DNA from: an uncultured Nannocystaceae bacterium
GTDB lineage: Bacteria > Myxococcota_A > Bradymonadia > UBA7976 > UBA1532
Assembly: GCA_964402225.1 (NCBI GenBank)
Contig: CAYOBQ010000008.1
Span: forward strand, 4,293 to 68,292
DNA: 64,000 nt
Direction: 5' to 3'
Shown: positions 19,945 through 28,848 of the stretch, in pieces
How positions within the stretch are numbered: position 1 is the stretch's first letter
Layout of the letters: each line of letters opens with the position of its first letter
Notes under the pieces: generated by a model
Databases searched by the model: none
Seen by the model: only the letters and a program-made list of their open reading frames with translations
Told to the model about the DNA's origin: nothing
Program-made: the position numbers and the translations under genes

Positions 19945-21714
19945 ATGGCTTGGGTGTGTCCCCGCTGCGAGCAGCCGCCCCCCGATGGCGCGACGCGCTG
20001 TCCGCTCCACGACCTCTACGCGGTCGACGCCCGCGAGCTCGAGCGGCGCGCCCAGGCCCCGCTCCTCGGGCGGGTCGTCGGCGACCGCTACGCGCTGTTG
20101 GGCTTCCTCGGCGCCGGCGGGATGGGCGTCGTCTATCGGGCCGCGCAGCTCCCCATTCGACGCCCCGTCGCCCTCAAGATCCTGAACCCGGAGTACTCCC
20201 GGACCGAGGACATCCGCCGGCGCTTCGAGCGTGAGGCCCGCGCGATGTCACGCTTGCAGAGCGTCCACACAGCCACCCTCTACGACTACGGCGTCGACCC
20301 CGTCACGGGGGCGTTCATGGTCTTGGAGCTCGTGGAGGGCGAGAGCCTGCGCGAGCGGCTCGACCGCAAGGGGCCGCTCGCTGCGTCCCGCGTGGCCGAT
20401 GTCATCGACGGCGTCGCGCGCGCCCTGCACGAGGCCCACGCCTGCGGGATCATCCACCGAGACGTCAAGCCGGGGAACATCTTGCTGGCGCGCACCCCCG
20501 AGGGGGAGCCGCTGGCGAAGATGATCGACTTCGGCATCGCCCGCATCGACGACGCCACCCGGACCCGCACGGGCCTCGCCGCAGGCACCCCTGAGTACAT
20601 GGCGCCGGAGCAATGCGACCCGAACCGCGCGGGGGTCGCCGACGCGCGGACCGACGTCTACGCCCTCGCGACGACCGCCTACGTCGCGCTGTGCGGTGAG
20701 CCGCCCTTCACCTCGGACCGCCCGCTCTCGATCCTGCTCGCGAAGCTGCGCCAGCCACCGCCCCCCTTGCCCAAGGGGCTGGGCCTGAAGCGGCTGGACG
20801 TCCCACTGCAACGGGCCATGGCGCGCAAGCCCGACGACCGGCCCCCGGACGCGCCCTCCTTCGCCCGCGAGTTCCGCGCGGCCTTGGCCGGCCAGACCGG
20901 GCGCGGCGGCGGGGGCTTTCTGGTGGGCGTCGGACTGGGCACCGCCGTCGGGATCACGCTGCTGGTGGCGCTGTGGTGGGGCGTCGACGCCGCCCCCGAG
21001 GTGGCGCCCGACGCCCAGCCCATCGCCGACGCGGCGACTCACGATGCCCCGCCTCCGGCGCCGACACCGGACGCCCACGCTCCCGACGTCCAGGTCGGAC
21101 CGGACGCGATGCACATCAGCCCCGAGGAGCTCGCCGCGACCCCCGATCCGGTGATGCACCTGGCCACCACGCCGCGCTCGACGGTGATCGTCGATGGGGT
21201 GCCGATGGGCGAGAGCAGCGCGGAGGCCGGCGCCCTCGAGGTGCCCCTCGATCCGGCGACGGCCCACACCATCCGAATCGAGAAGGCGGGGTTCCGGTCG
21301 GTCGAGTTCGAGGTGCCGACGGCCGCCTGGACCAGCGGGGTGGCGCCGAGCAGAGCGATGGACTTGGAGCGCCTCCGAGCCCCCCGCAAGCGAGACCTCA
21401 CGATCGGGTCGCCCCGCATCGACGGGGCCTGCGACCGACGGTCCGTCCGGCGGTCGATCCGGCGGCGGCGTTCGGCCCTCCAGGGGTGCTACCTCAAGTG
21501 GTCGGTCCGCAGCCGTATCCGTCGCGCGCGAGCGACCCTCGTGTGGGGCATCGACGTCGGCGGCGGCGCGATCAACGGCGACGTCGTCCACACGACGTTG
21601 GGCGACCGAGCCGCCGAGCGGTGTTTCCGCGGGGTCATCCAGGGCATTCGATTCCGCAAGCCCGGAAGCGGCACCTGCCGGGTGCGAATGAAGATCAGTC
21701 TGCGGAGAGAATAG
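19945..21714 (+). CDS. Ser/Thr protein kinase with N-terminal zinc ribbon, TM helix, PEGA domain and AgmX/PglI-type C-terminal domain
   Basis: 589 aa. CPRCEQ...CPLH, then GDRYALLGFLGAGGMGVVYRA...ALKIL (Gly loop and Lys). HRDVKPGNILL and DFGIA catalytic and activation motifs, APE. TM LVGVGLGTAVGITLLVALWW. PEGA-like TVIVDGVPMGE...TIRIEKAGFRSVEFEV. C-terminal CxxxC...RFRKPGSGTCRVRMKISL. Confidence 0.9.
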   Translation: MAWVCPRCEQPPPDGATRCPLHDLYAVDARELERRAQAPLLGRVVGDRYALLGFLGAGGMGVVYRAAQLPIRRPVALKILNPEYSRTEDIRRRFEREARAMSRLQSVHTATLYDYGVDPVTGAFMVLELVEGESLRERLDRKGPLAASRVADVIDGVARALHEAHACGIIHRDVKPGNILLARTPEGEPLAKMIDFGIARIDDATRTRTGLAAGTPEYMAPEQCDPNRAGVADARTDVYALATTAYVALCGEPPFTSDRPLSILLAKLRQPPPPLPKGLGLKRLDVPLQRAMARKPDDRPPDAPSFAREFRAALAGQTGRGGGGFLVGVGLGTAVGITLLVALWWGVDAAPEVAPDAQPIADAATHDAPPPAPTPDAHAPDVQVGPDAMHISPEELAATPDPVMHLATTPRSTVIVDGVPMGESSAEAGALEVPLDPATAHTIRIEKAGFRSVEFEVPTAAWTSGVAPSRAMDLERLRAPRKRDLTIGSPRIDGACDRRSVRRSIRRRRSALQGCYLKWSVRSRIRRARATLVWGIDVGGGAINGDVVHTTLGDRAAERCFRGVIQGIRFRKPGSGTCRVRMKISLRRE

Positions 21715-21724
21715 GAAGGACCCG

Positions 21725-22117
21725 ATGCGAACGTTGTTGCTCATCCTCGCGTGGCCCCTGCTGGCGGCGCTGCCCCCCTTGTCCCCCGACGATCTGAAGC
21801 GGGACGCGTCGTTGGTGGTGGTCGCCGAGGTCCTCCAGGTCTTCGATCGCGAGCACCGACGCGACGGGACCTCCACCGATCGGCGCTTCCTGCTCGAGCT
21901 GAAGGTCAAGTCCGTGTCGAAGGGTGAGGTGAAGGTCGGGAGCCTGCTCTACGCCCGCGCCTGGCAGCCGGGGAGGCGCCCCGAGGGATGGGTCGGACCG
22001 CAGGGCCAAAACGTCGTCCCCGGACCCGGCGATGTGGTGCGCCTCTTCCTCCGGCGGGCGTCGGACGGGGGCCTCGCCCTGCTCTCCCCGAACGGCGTCG
22101 AGCCGGCGAAACTTTGA
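21725..22117 (+). CDS. Small secreted hypothetical protein (130 aa)
   Basis: MRTLLLILAWPLLAALPPLSPDD signal peptide. Non-repetitive. AGGAAGGA lies upstream. Confidence 0.5.
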   Translation: MRTLLLILAWPLLAALPPLSPDDLKRDASLVVVAEVLQVFDREHRRDGTSTDRRFLLELKVKSVSKGEVKVGSLLYARAWQPGRRPEGWVGPQGQNVVPGPGDVVRLFLRRASDGGLALLSPNGVEPAKL

Positions 22118-22178
22118 CTCGCACCTAAACCTACATCAACCTACAGACAACGAACACGTGAATCGAAGGAGGCGCGCG

Positions 22179-22496
22179 ATGCGCGAGCGCCGTTTGGAGC
22201 GACGAGTCCCGTTCACCGGGCGGGTCTTCGAGTTGGTCGAGGGCGGCCGCATTCCCTGCGGGACCGTGAACATCGGTGAGGGGGGCGTCTACGTGCGCCG
22301 TCACGAGGGGGGCGTGCTGCTCGACGGGGAGTATGTCTGGCTCGAGGTCCAGCTCCCTGGGGATCCCGAGTCGGTGTGGGCCCACGGGCAGGTGGTCGAG
22401 CAGGTCACGGAGACCTTCCACGACGCCGCCGCGATTCAGTTCCACGGGATGGCCCGAGGCGACCGCGAACGCCTACGCGAGTTCATGGCGGCCTGA
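22179..22496 (+). CDS. PilZ domain protein (c-di-GMP binding)
   Basis: ATG preceded 6 nt upstream by AGGAGG. MRERRLERR (RxxxR) and NIGEGGVYV (D/NxSxGG-like) motifs. ORF 22032.. was trimmed to this start. Confidence 0.7.
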   Translation: MRERRLERRVPFTGRVFELVEGGRIPCGTVNIGEGGVYVRRHEGGVLLDGEYVWLEVQLPGDPESVWAHGQVVEQVTETFHDAAAIQFHGMARGDRERLREFMAA

Positions 22497-22621
22497 GGAG
22501 GCGTCGATCAGGCGATCGCAGCCACCGCGCGAACTCAACCTGCGCTGACAACTCGTGAACGATGACGGTTGTACCGGCTGAGCCGACCGGCATGTCAGGA
22601 GCCCGGACTCTCTCAGCTCGG

Positions 22622-23009
22622 CTACGGCGCGGCGGCGGCGTTCAGCGCCTCGACCAGCAGATGCACCGTCGTCGAAGGGTTGTGTCTCTCCGGGTTCGGG
22701 GCGGGATCGCTCGCGAGAAGTCTTGTCGCGTTTCGGATGGCATCTGCCTGTCGGGAGGCGAGCCGCCCCGCTACGAACGCGGGACAACGCCCCGCAATCT
22801 GCGCGGGCCACCACAACCCGGAAGCGCCGAAAGTAGTTCGGCTCGGTCTTCTCGCCCTCGCACACGATCAGGAAGCGGAGCCGTTTCTCGCGACGGTCTA
22901 CGACGCGTTCTTGAAGGCCACCGACTCCACGGCGCCCACGTCTTGCTTCGCGCTTCTCCCTACGGCGCGCCTCCTTCTCGAGCTCTCGCTTGTTCGAGAC
23001 CTTGCTCAC
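22622..23009 (-). pseudogene. RloB-like (TOPRIM-type) protein remnant, frameshifted and internally deleted
   Basis: GTG at 23009 overlaps the upstream stop (GTGA). N-terminus ...RLRFLIVCEGEKTEPNYF is the RloB signature. The RloB C-terminal signature AIRNATRLLASDPAPNPERHNPSTTVHLLVEAL lies in a different frame (ORF 22622..22816). Together these span only about 130 codons, so the TOPRIM core is missing. Confidence 0.55.
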
Positions 23010-24092
23010 TCGGTCGGCCCGGAGATGTCCAGGCCATCGAGCCCCGAGAGGAGCGGGATCGCGCCGTACCGTCCCAGGAGGTAGTTCCCCTTGTAGTCTT
23101 CGTCGACCACCAGGACAATCCCCTCCCGCAGCGTTTGAATGAGGGGCCCGGCCAGCGCGATCAGGCGCTGGGTCCCCGCGGACTCTCGCTCCAGGGCGTC
23201 CCATTCCAGATGACCCTCTCGGTCCTCTCCGAACACGGCGTGACGAGTCGACACCTTCACGGCGCTCTCGTTGTCGAGCGAGTCGACCAGTGAGTCAGGC
23301 ACCCCGGTGTCGCGGAGCTGCCGGAGGAGGTCGTCAAGCTCAGCCGTGCTCGCCTGACGTGCTCGAATCTCAGAGAAGCCCCAGGTCCAGCGAGCGCAGG
23401 AAGGCGACCACCTCACCTCGCGAAGGCCCGTCGATCAGCTCAGAGACAGTGACCCCCAGGAGGTAGTCGTCGTTCAACCCAGAGACCAGCCGCAGCGTGC
23501 CGCGGAACCAGCCCAGCACCCGGGACGCGATCTGTCCGTCGAATTGCGCGCAGACCGACAAGAAGAGCGCGTTCTTCCGGGTCCTGGTGTCCAGCCCCCT
23601 GCCCTCCGCCCGGAAGCCTGGGCCCAGTTTGAACTCTTGCCCGTCCCGCTCGAATAGCCTGGATTCCTGCCGTCTCCCCTCGGCGACCCAGAAGAGCCAC
23701 TCGGCCACCACCCGGTCCGCGGTGATCTCGAAGCCGTACCGGAACCGGCTCCCCTCGTGTAGGAACACCAACTCGAAGGTGCTGGGCTCCTCTGCGAACT
23801 CGCCATGGAGGAGGAACGGGTCAGCGGGGAGCTTGTCTCCTGCCTGGCCCTCCCGGGCGGAGTCAACCACGACCTGTTGCATGGTCTTCAGCGCTCGAAA
23901 GAGGTTGGTCTTCCCACCGGAGTTCGCGCCGTACACAGCCGCGCTGTGGAGCACCGCCGGATCACCCGAGCTGCGTCGGATCTCAGGCTGCGCGTGGGCA
24001 TGGTTGCGTGGATTCAGCGAGCCCTCGAGCAGGCTCAGGGTCTTCTCGTCACGGAACGATCGGGAATTCCCCACGGTGAATTCGATCAGCAT
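23006..24092 (-). pseudogene. AAA_21-family (RloA/OLD-like ABC-type) ATPase, disrupted by a frameshift at a G4 run near 23377..23385
   Basis: N-part ORF 23370..24092 has the Walker A loop AAVYGANSGGKTNLFRALKTM. C-part ORF 23006..23416 has SAGTQRLIALAGPLIQTLREGIVLVVDE (signature-like region plus Walker B). The two ORFs overlap by 47 nt. Deleting one G in ctggGGCttctc fuses ...LRSLDLG to FSEIRARQ.... Confidence 0.65.
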
Positions 24093-24286
24093 CAGGCCTC
24101 TAAACGGGTTGATTCGTGACCATCTCTCAAGATGAACGATGTCATCGAGGTCGGCGCCGGTCTGCCCTTTGTCGCTCGAGGATGTAGTAGGCCACTTCTC
24201 GGCCGCGCTCGCCGAACGCGGCAGCGCCAGCCTCGGGGTCGCTACGATTCATCAGTTGCCGCTCTTCACCGCGCCCGGTCGATGAT

Positions 24287-24970
24287 CTATGGACCCCTCT
24301 CGAGCGCCGCCCGAAGCGGGCAGTCGGGGCGAGCGGGCTCACCCCGACGATAGCGCTCGAGCAGGCGGCGTGAGGTGCGCGCCAGCTCGCGGCGAACCTC
24401 CCTGCGCTCGCCGGCCACCCGCTCGATCCGCATCCGGTCGTAGGCGGTCGTCGCGTGGCGCATCCAGGCGATGACGGCGGCCTCGGCGCGCTCCTCGATG
24501 GGGATCCGCTTGGTGCGCGCGACGGTGCCGCTCCCGACCGGGGTCGCATGGGCCGCCACGACGTTGGCCAGGCGCCCCGCGAGCTCGGCGTGGTCGGCGT
24601 CGAAGCCGAGGAAGGCCAGGACCGCGCCGTGGAAGTCCTCGACGTAGGCCGACTGCGCTCGCTCCCGTCGCTGGGCTTGCTGCACGCGCCGCTTCGCGTA
24701 GGCGGGCGTCGCCCGCTCGGCGTCGAGGGCGGCGCGCACGGCGTCGATCCGCTCCTTCGGGGCCCACACGCCGAGGGACTGAATCCGCCGACCGCGCTTC
24801 GCCTTGACGGTCCAGCTCGGGCCGCCGGCCTTCACCCGGCGCGTCCAGGTGGCGTCCCCAGGTGGCAGAAAGGCCCACCCCTCGGGCGGCTTCACCGGTC
24901 CGTCCTCCGGGGTCCGCAACCGGTTCAGCTTGCCCCCGACGGCCCACACCTCACGTGACGTCTCCGACAT
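24287..24970 (-). CDS. DUF2293 domain protein
   Basis: Start MSETSREVWAVGGKLNRLRTP inside ORF 24287..25393. The upstream part of that ORF is an Arg-rich artefact reading through the GE-hexamer repeat region. Confidence 0.6.
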   Translation of the reverse strand: MSETSREVWAVGGKLNRLRTPEDGPVKPPEGWAFLPPGDATWTRRVKAGGPSWTVKAKRGRRIQSLGVWAPKERIDAVRAALDAERATPAYAKRRVQQAQRRERAQSAYVEDFHGAVLAFLGFDADHAELAGRLANVVAAHATPVGSGTVARTKRIPIEERAEAAVIAWMRHATTAYDRMRIERVAGERREVRRELARTSRRLLERYRRGEPARPDCPLRAALERGP

Positions 24971-25044
24971 CGGCGCAAGATACCTTCGACCTGACCCCCG
25001 CCGATAGGACACATTGCGCTCGAAGCAGCACCTTGGAGGGGTAG

Positions 25045-28000
25045 ATGCGCGCTCATTGGTGGCCGGTGATCGGCCTGCTCGCGACCGCCTGTGTGAACGA
25101 CGCGCCGCCGGCGGATGATCCCGACTCGGTCGTGGTCGTCCTGGACGGCGGCTCGTCCGATGGCGGCGAGGGCGAAGGCGAAGGCGAAGGCGAAGGCGAA
25201 GGTGAAGGTGAGGGTGAACGGGACATGGGTCCGCCGCCGGACGCCCAACCGGACGCCTTCGCGGGGCCCGTGCCAGTCGACGACTGCGCTGGCGCCTGCG
25301 CGCGCTACCAACGCTGCGGACGGGTAGACGAGCTCTTCGGCGGGCCCGACGCCTGCCAGGCCGTGTGTGAGGAGGCCTCCTTCGATGGCCCACCGGAGGC
25401 CTTCTTCGAGTGTGTCAGCGTGGAGCAATGCGGACTGCTCCAGCTCTGCCGCCTGCCGGTGCCTCCAGCGCTCACGTGCGACGAGGTCTGCGCGCGCGCG
25501 AACGAGTGCGGCGTCGAGGTCCCCTTCGACTGCGCCACCGAGTGCGCCCGCCACGAGGACGGCTACGCCGCCTGCGGTGAGCGCAACCGGCGGGCGTGCG
25601 ATCCCGCGGGCTTCCAAGGCTGCCTCGGCGAGGAGATCTACACCGGCTGCGCCCGTCGCTGCGAGCGCGCCGTCGCGTGCAACATCGTGCTCGAGGAGGG
25701 CTGCCTCACGGAGTGCCTGGAAGAGCAGTTTGCAGGTGACGCGCTGCGCCGGCGGCGCGCCGAGCAGCGAACGCAATGCGTGGGCCGTGCCCCGGACGAC
25801 TGCGTCGCCGTCGATGCGTGCCTCAACCCCCAGGACAACCCGCCCCGACCCGCCGCCAACCTCGAGACCTTCTGTCGTCTCTGGCGGGAGTGCGGGTTCG
25901 AGCTCGAGATCCCGTGCGATGCGATCTGGGACGAGTTCGCCCGAGAGCCCGACATGGCCCAGTGCGTGGTCGACAGCCTCGACGCGCAGTGCCCGCGAGA
26001 CCCCTTCGAGGCCTTCGAGCGGTGCTTCGAGGGTGGCGGCGGGCCGCGGGGCCCCGGCTGCATCGAGCTGTGCGAGGCGATGGACCTCTGCGAGGAGCTC
26101 CCCGACGGAGAGGACCGCGGCGGCTGCCTGCAGCGCTGCAACGTAGCGCTCCAGAGCCGTGACCCCAACGACTCGGAGCGGCAACGGGCCCGGTTCCCCT
26201 GCGGCGTCGCGGGCGACTGTGTCGAGTTGGCGGAGTGCCTGGAGGCGACGGATCCCGCGACCGCCTGCGCCACGCATTGCGACGCGCTCGCGGCCTGCGG
26301 GATCGCCGCGGAGGGTTGCGCCGCCGACTGCGACGCCGAGTTCGTCCGTGCCCGCCAGGTCGCGTGGCGCGAGTGTGTAGCGGCGGCCGCGGACTGCGAC
26401 GCCACGCGCGCGTGCGCACCGCCGGCCCCCCTGCCCTGCGACGTCCAATGCCAGGCCGTCGCCGCCTGCGGCTTCGCCCAGCCCGGCTGCGAAGCGGCGT
26501 GCGACAACGCTCACTTCGACGATCCCGACCGCGCCTCGCGCGTCTTCGCCTGCGTCCTCACGGCCCCCGAGTGCCGGGGTGGGCGCGGCGAGCACTCCGT
26601 CGCCCTGTGCCTCAACGACCCCGGCGTCGGCGGCGACGATTGCCTCGGCTTCTGCCGCGCGACGAGCGACGCCTGCGACCCCGAGGCGGGCCGCGATCTG
26701 GCGACCTGCCTCGCCGCGTGTGGGAACGGCTTCGGCGGGGACGACGCCCTGCGCTTCGAGGTCGCCGCAGAGTGCATGGACCAGCGAGGCGCCGACGCCG
26801 ACTGCGACGAGCTCGCGGGGTGCCTGCCGGGGGAGATCGCGCCGGACTGCGGCGCCTGGTGCGGAAGCCTGGAGGCCTGCGGGCTGGCCGACGATGGCTG
26901 CGCGGGCGCCTGCGCCGACGATGTGCTGGCCACGCTGAGAGCGCTGCGCCACGGCACCTGTGTCGCCGACGCCGGCGACGACTGCGAGGAGGTGCGCGCC
27001 TGCGTGGCGGTGGAGATCGGGGAGGAGCCGGAGCGCCCGACGCGGGACGCCTTCTGCGCGGCCTACGCCCAGTGCAACTTCATCGACGAGGAGTTCCGCT
27101 GCGAGGACCTCTGGCGCGAGCTCGGGGGAAACCTCGAGGCCGAGCGCTGCGCGATGATCGAGGTCCAGCGCTGTCCGCGCTTCCCCTTCGAGATCCTGGA
27201 CCGCTGCATCGAGGGCGGCGAGCCACCCCCGCCCGCCGAGGCGTCGGCCTGCGAGGCGCTGTGCGAGGCGCGGGCCCTGTGCGGGGACGTAGAGCGGGCC
27301 CGCGCCTGCGCCCTCGACTGCGCCGGGGCCTTTCGTGACGGCGACGTCGGTGACCGGATCCGGCTGCGCGCGACCCTGGAGTGCGCGGCGGCGTTGAGCT
27401 GCGGCGCGCTCGCGGACTGCCTCGCGGAGCGGTCGCCCGCCGGGCAATGCGCCCGCCATTGTGGACAGCTCGCCGGCTGCGGCCTCGCGCCGGACGACTG
27501 CGTCGAGAGCTGCGACGAGACCTTCGTGCGCGGACGCCAGCGGGCGTGGCTCGGCTGCACCGACGACGCCGCCGACGACTGTGAGGCGCTGGCGGTCTGC
27601 GAGCCTGGCCCCGGCGTGCCCTGCGGCGACTACTGCGCGCGCCTCGAGACGTGCGCGCTCGCGCCGGCCGACTGCGAGACGGCCTGCGACGACCAGCACT
27701 TCGAGGATCCCACCGCCAGCGCGATCCGGGTGGTCTGCGCGCTGACGGCGCCGACCTGCGAGGCTCCACCGGCACACAATGTCGCCGCGTGCCTGCGCGG
27801 CGACCCGCTGGGGCTGCCCGGACGGGAGTGCGTGACGTACTGCCGCGCCGTCACCGAGTGCGACGAGGGCTCCGAGCGGACGCTCGACGACTGCGTCAAC
27901 GCCTGCGCCCGCGGATTCGAGGGCGAGGACGGGCTGCGCTTCGCCGCCGCCTCCGACTGCCTGCGCGGCTTGCTTCCCGACGTCGATTGCCGACCCCTGG

Positions 28001-28848
28001 GGGCGTGCATGCCCGACGAGATCGTGATCGACTGCGCGGCGCACTGCGACGCGCTCGAAGCGTGCCGCGCAGCCCCCGACGATTGCCCCGCCCACTGCGC
28101 GGCGGAGGTCGAGGTGGGCGCCGCCGGGTGCGTCGCCGACGCCCTCCGCGTGAACCGTGGCTGCCGCCGCGTCGCCGAGTGCGCGGGCTTCGAGGTGCCG
28201 GCACCCAGCGACGCGTGCGAGCGGCTGTGCGCGAGCCGACGTGCCTGCGACTTCGCCGTCGATCCCTTCCTCTGCGAGCTCGACTGCGCACCCGACGAGG
28301 ACGGGACGCCGGTGCGCGCCGCCTGCGCCGAGGTCACGCCGTGCGAGGACCTGGGCGCGTGCACCGACGGTGACGCGCCGCGAATCGATGGGTGCGGCGA
28401 TCCCTGCGAGGCCGCGGCGGAGTGTGGCGCCCTCGAAGACGCCGACGCCTGCGTGGACCTGTGTAGCGGCCGGGACCTCAGCCCGCGCAGCGGCGACGAC
28501 TATGTCGCTGAGCTCGGCGGGTGCGTCGAAGGCGCGGCTGACGCCCCCGCCTGCGTGGCGTGCTTCGACGTGGGCCACGACTGCGCCGACGCCTGCTTCC
28601 ACCTCCAACGCTGCGGCCTCTTCGAGCCCGGCGGCGACTGTGTGGGCGGCTGCGAGCAGGCCAGCGTCCAGGATCCGGTGGGCAACGCCGAGGTCATCGA
28701 GTGCCTCGTCGACTCGCTGGACCCCAACTGCGACTTCAACGGCCTCGAGCGCTGCGTCGAGGGCACCAACGGAGGCGAGGGCGAGGGCGAGGGCGAGGGA
28801 GAAGGTCGACCGGAGCCCCCGCCGCCCCCGGTGCCCGACGGTCGCTAG
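25045..28848 (+). CDS. Giant cysteine-rich tandem-repeat lipoprotein (1,267 aa) with GE-repeat linkers at both ends
   Basis: MRAHWWPVIGLLATAC lipobox, then (GE)9. At least two well-conserved modules of about 330 aa (roughly aa 240-600 and 620-960), each with about 40 Cys in recurring spacings (FCRLWRECGFELEIPCDAIWDEF / FCAAYAQCNFIDEEFRCEDLWREL; CATHCDALAACGIAAEGCAADCDAEFVRARQVAW / CARHCGQLAGCGLAPDDCVESCDETFVRGRQRAW). Further degenerate copies occur at both ends. C-terminal GEGEGEGEGEGRPEPPPPPVPDGR. The antisense ORF 24925..28608 was rejected. Confidence 0.75.
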   Translation: MRAHWWPVIGLLATACVNDAPPADDPDSVVVVLDGGSSDGGEGEGEGEGEGEGEGEGERDMGPPPDAQPDAFAGPVPVDDCAGACARYQRCGRVDELFGGPDACQAVCEEASFDGPPEAFFECVSVEQCGLLQLCRLPVPPALTCDEVCARANECGVEVPFDCATECARHEDGYAACGERNRRACDPAGFQGCLGEEIYTGCARRCERAVACNIVLEEGCLTECLEEQFAGDALRRRRAEQRTQCVGRAPDDCVAVDACLNPQDNPPRPAANLETFCRLWRECGFELEIPCDAIWDEFAREPDMAQCVVDSLDAQCPRDPFEAFERCFEGGGGPRGPGCIELCEAMDLCEELPDGEDRGGCLQRCNVALQSRDPNDSERQRARFPCGVAGDCVELAECLEATDPATACATHCDALAACGIAAEGCAADCDAEFVRARQVAWRECVAAAADCDATRACAPPAPLPCDVQCQAVAACGFAQPGCEAACDNAHFDDPDRASRVFACVLTAPECRGGRGEHSVALCLNDPGVGGDDCLGFCRATSDACDPEAGRDLATCLAACGNGFGGDDALRFEVAAECMDQRGADADCDELAGCLPGEIAPDCGAWCGSLEACGLADDGCAGACADDVLATLRALRHGTCVADAGDDCEEVRACVAVEIGEEPERPTRDAFCAAYAQCNFIDEEFRCEDLWRELGGNLEAERCAMIEVQRCPRFPFEILDRCIEGGEPPPPAEASACEALCEARALCGDVERARACALDCAGAFRDGDVGDRIRLRATLECAAALSCGALADCLAERSPAGQCARHCGQLAGCGLAPDDCVESCDETFVRGRQRAWLGCTDDAADDCEALAVCEPGPGVPCGDYCARLETCALAPADCETACDDQHFEDPTASAIRVVCALTAPTCEAPPAHNVAACLRGDPLGLPGRECVTYCRAVTECDEGSERTLDDCVNACARGFEGEDGLRFAAASDCLRGLLPDVDCRPLGACMPDEIVIDCAAHCDALEACRAAPDDCPAHCAAEVEVGAAGCVADALRVNRGCRRVAECAGFEVPAPSDACERLCASRRACDFAVDPFLCELDCAPDEDGTPVRAACAEVTPCEDLGACTDGDAPRIDGCGDPCEAAAECGALEDADACVDLCSGRDLSPRSGDDYVAELGGCVEGAADAPACVACFDVGHDCADACFHLQRCGLFEPGGDCVGGCEQASVQDPVGNAEVIECLVDSLDPNCDFNGLERCVEGTNGGEGEGEGEGEGRPEPPPPPVPDGR
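25165..25218 (+). repeat. Tandem hexanucleotide repeat (GGCGAR/GGTGAR x9) encoding (Gly-Glu)9
   Basis: ggcgagggcgaaggcgaaggcgaaggcgaaggcgaaggtgaaggtgagggtgaa. A second (GE)n block lies at 28771..28806. Confidence 0.9.

Noticed and set aside
25165-25218. Possible CRISPR-like or VNTR array (GE hexamers; also 57424..57459 and 28771..28806)
   Set aside because: Units are 6 bp with no spacers, lie in-frame inside CDSs and encode Gly-Glu/Pro-Glu linkers. They are not CRISPR.
24925-28608. 1227-aa minus-strand ORF opposite the Cys-rich lipoprotein
   Set aside because: Ala/Gly/Arg/Val-dominated with no Cys register or signal. The plus frame has a lipobox and a repeating Cys pattern.
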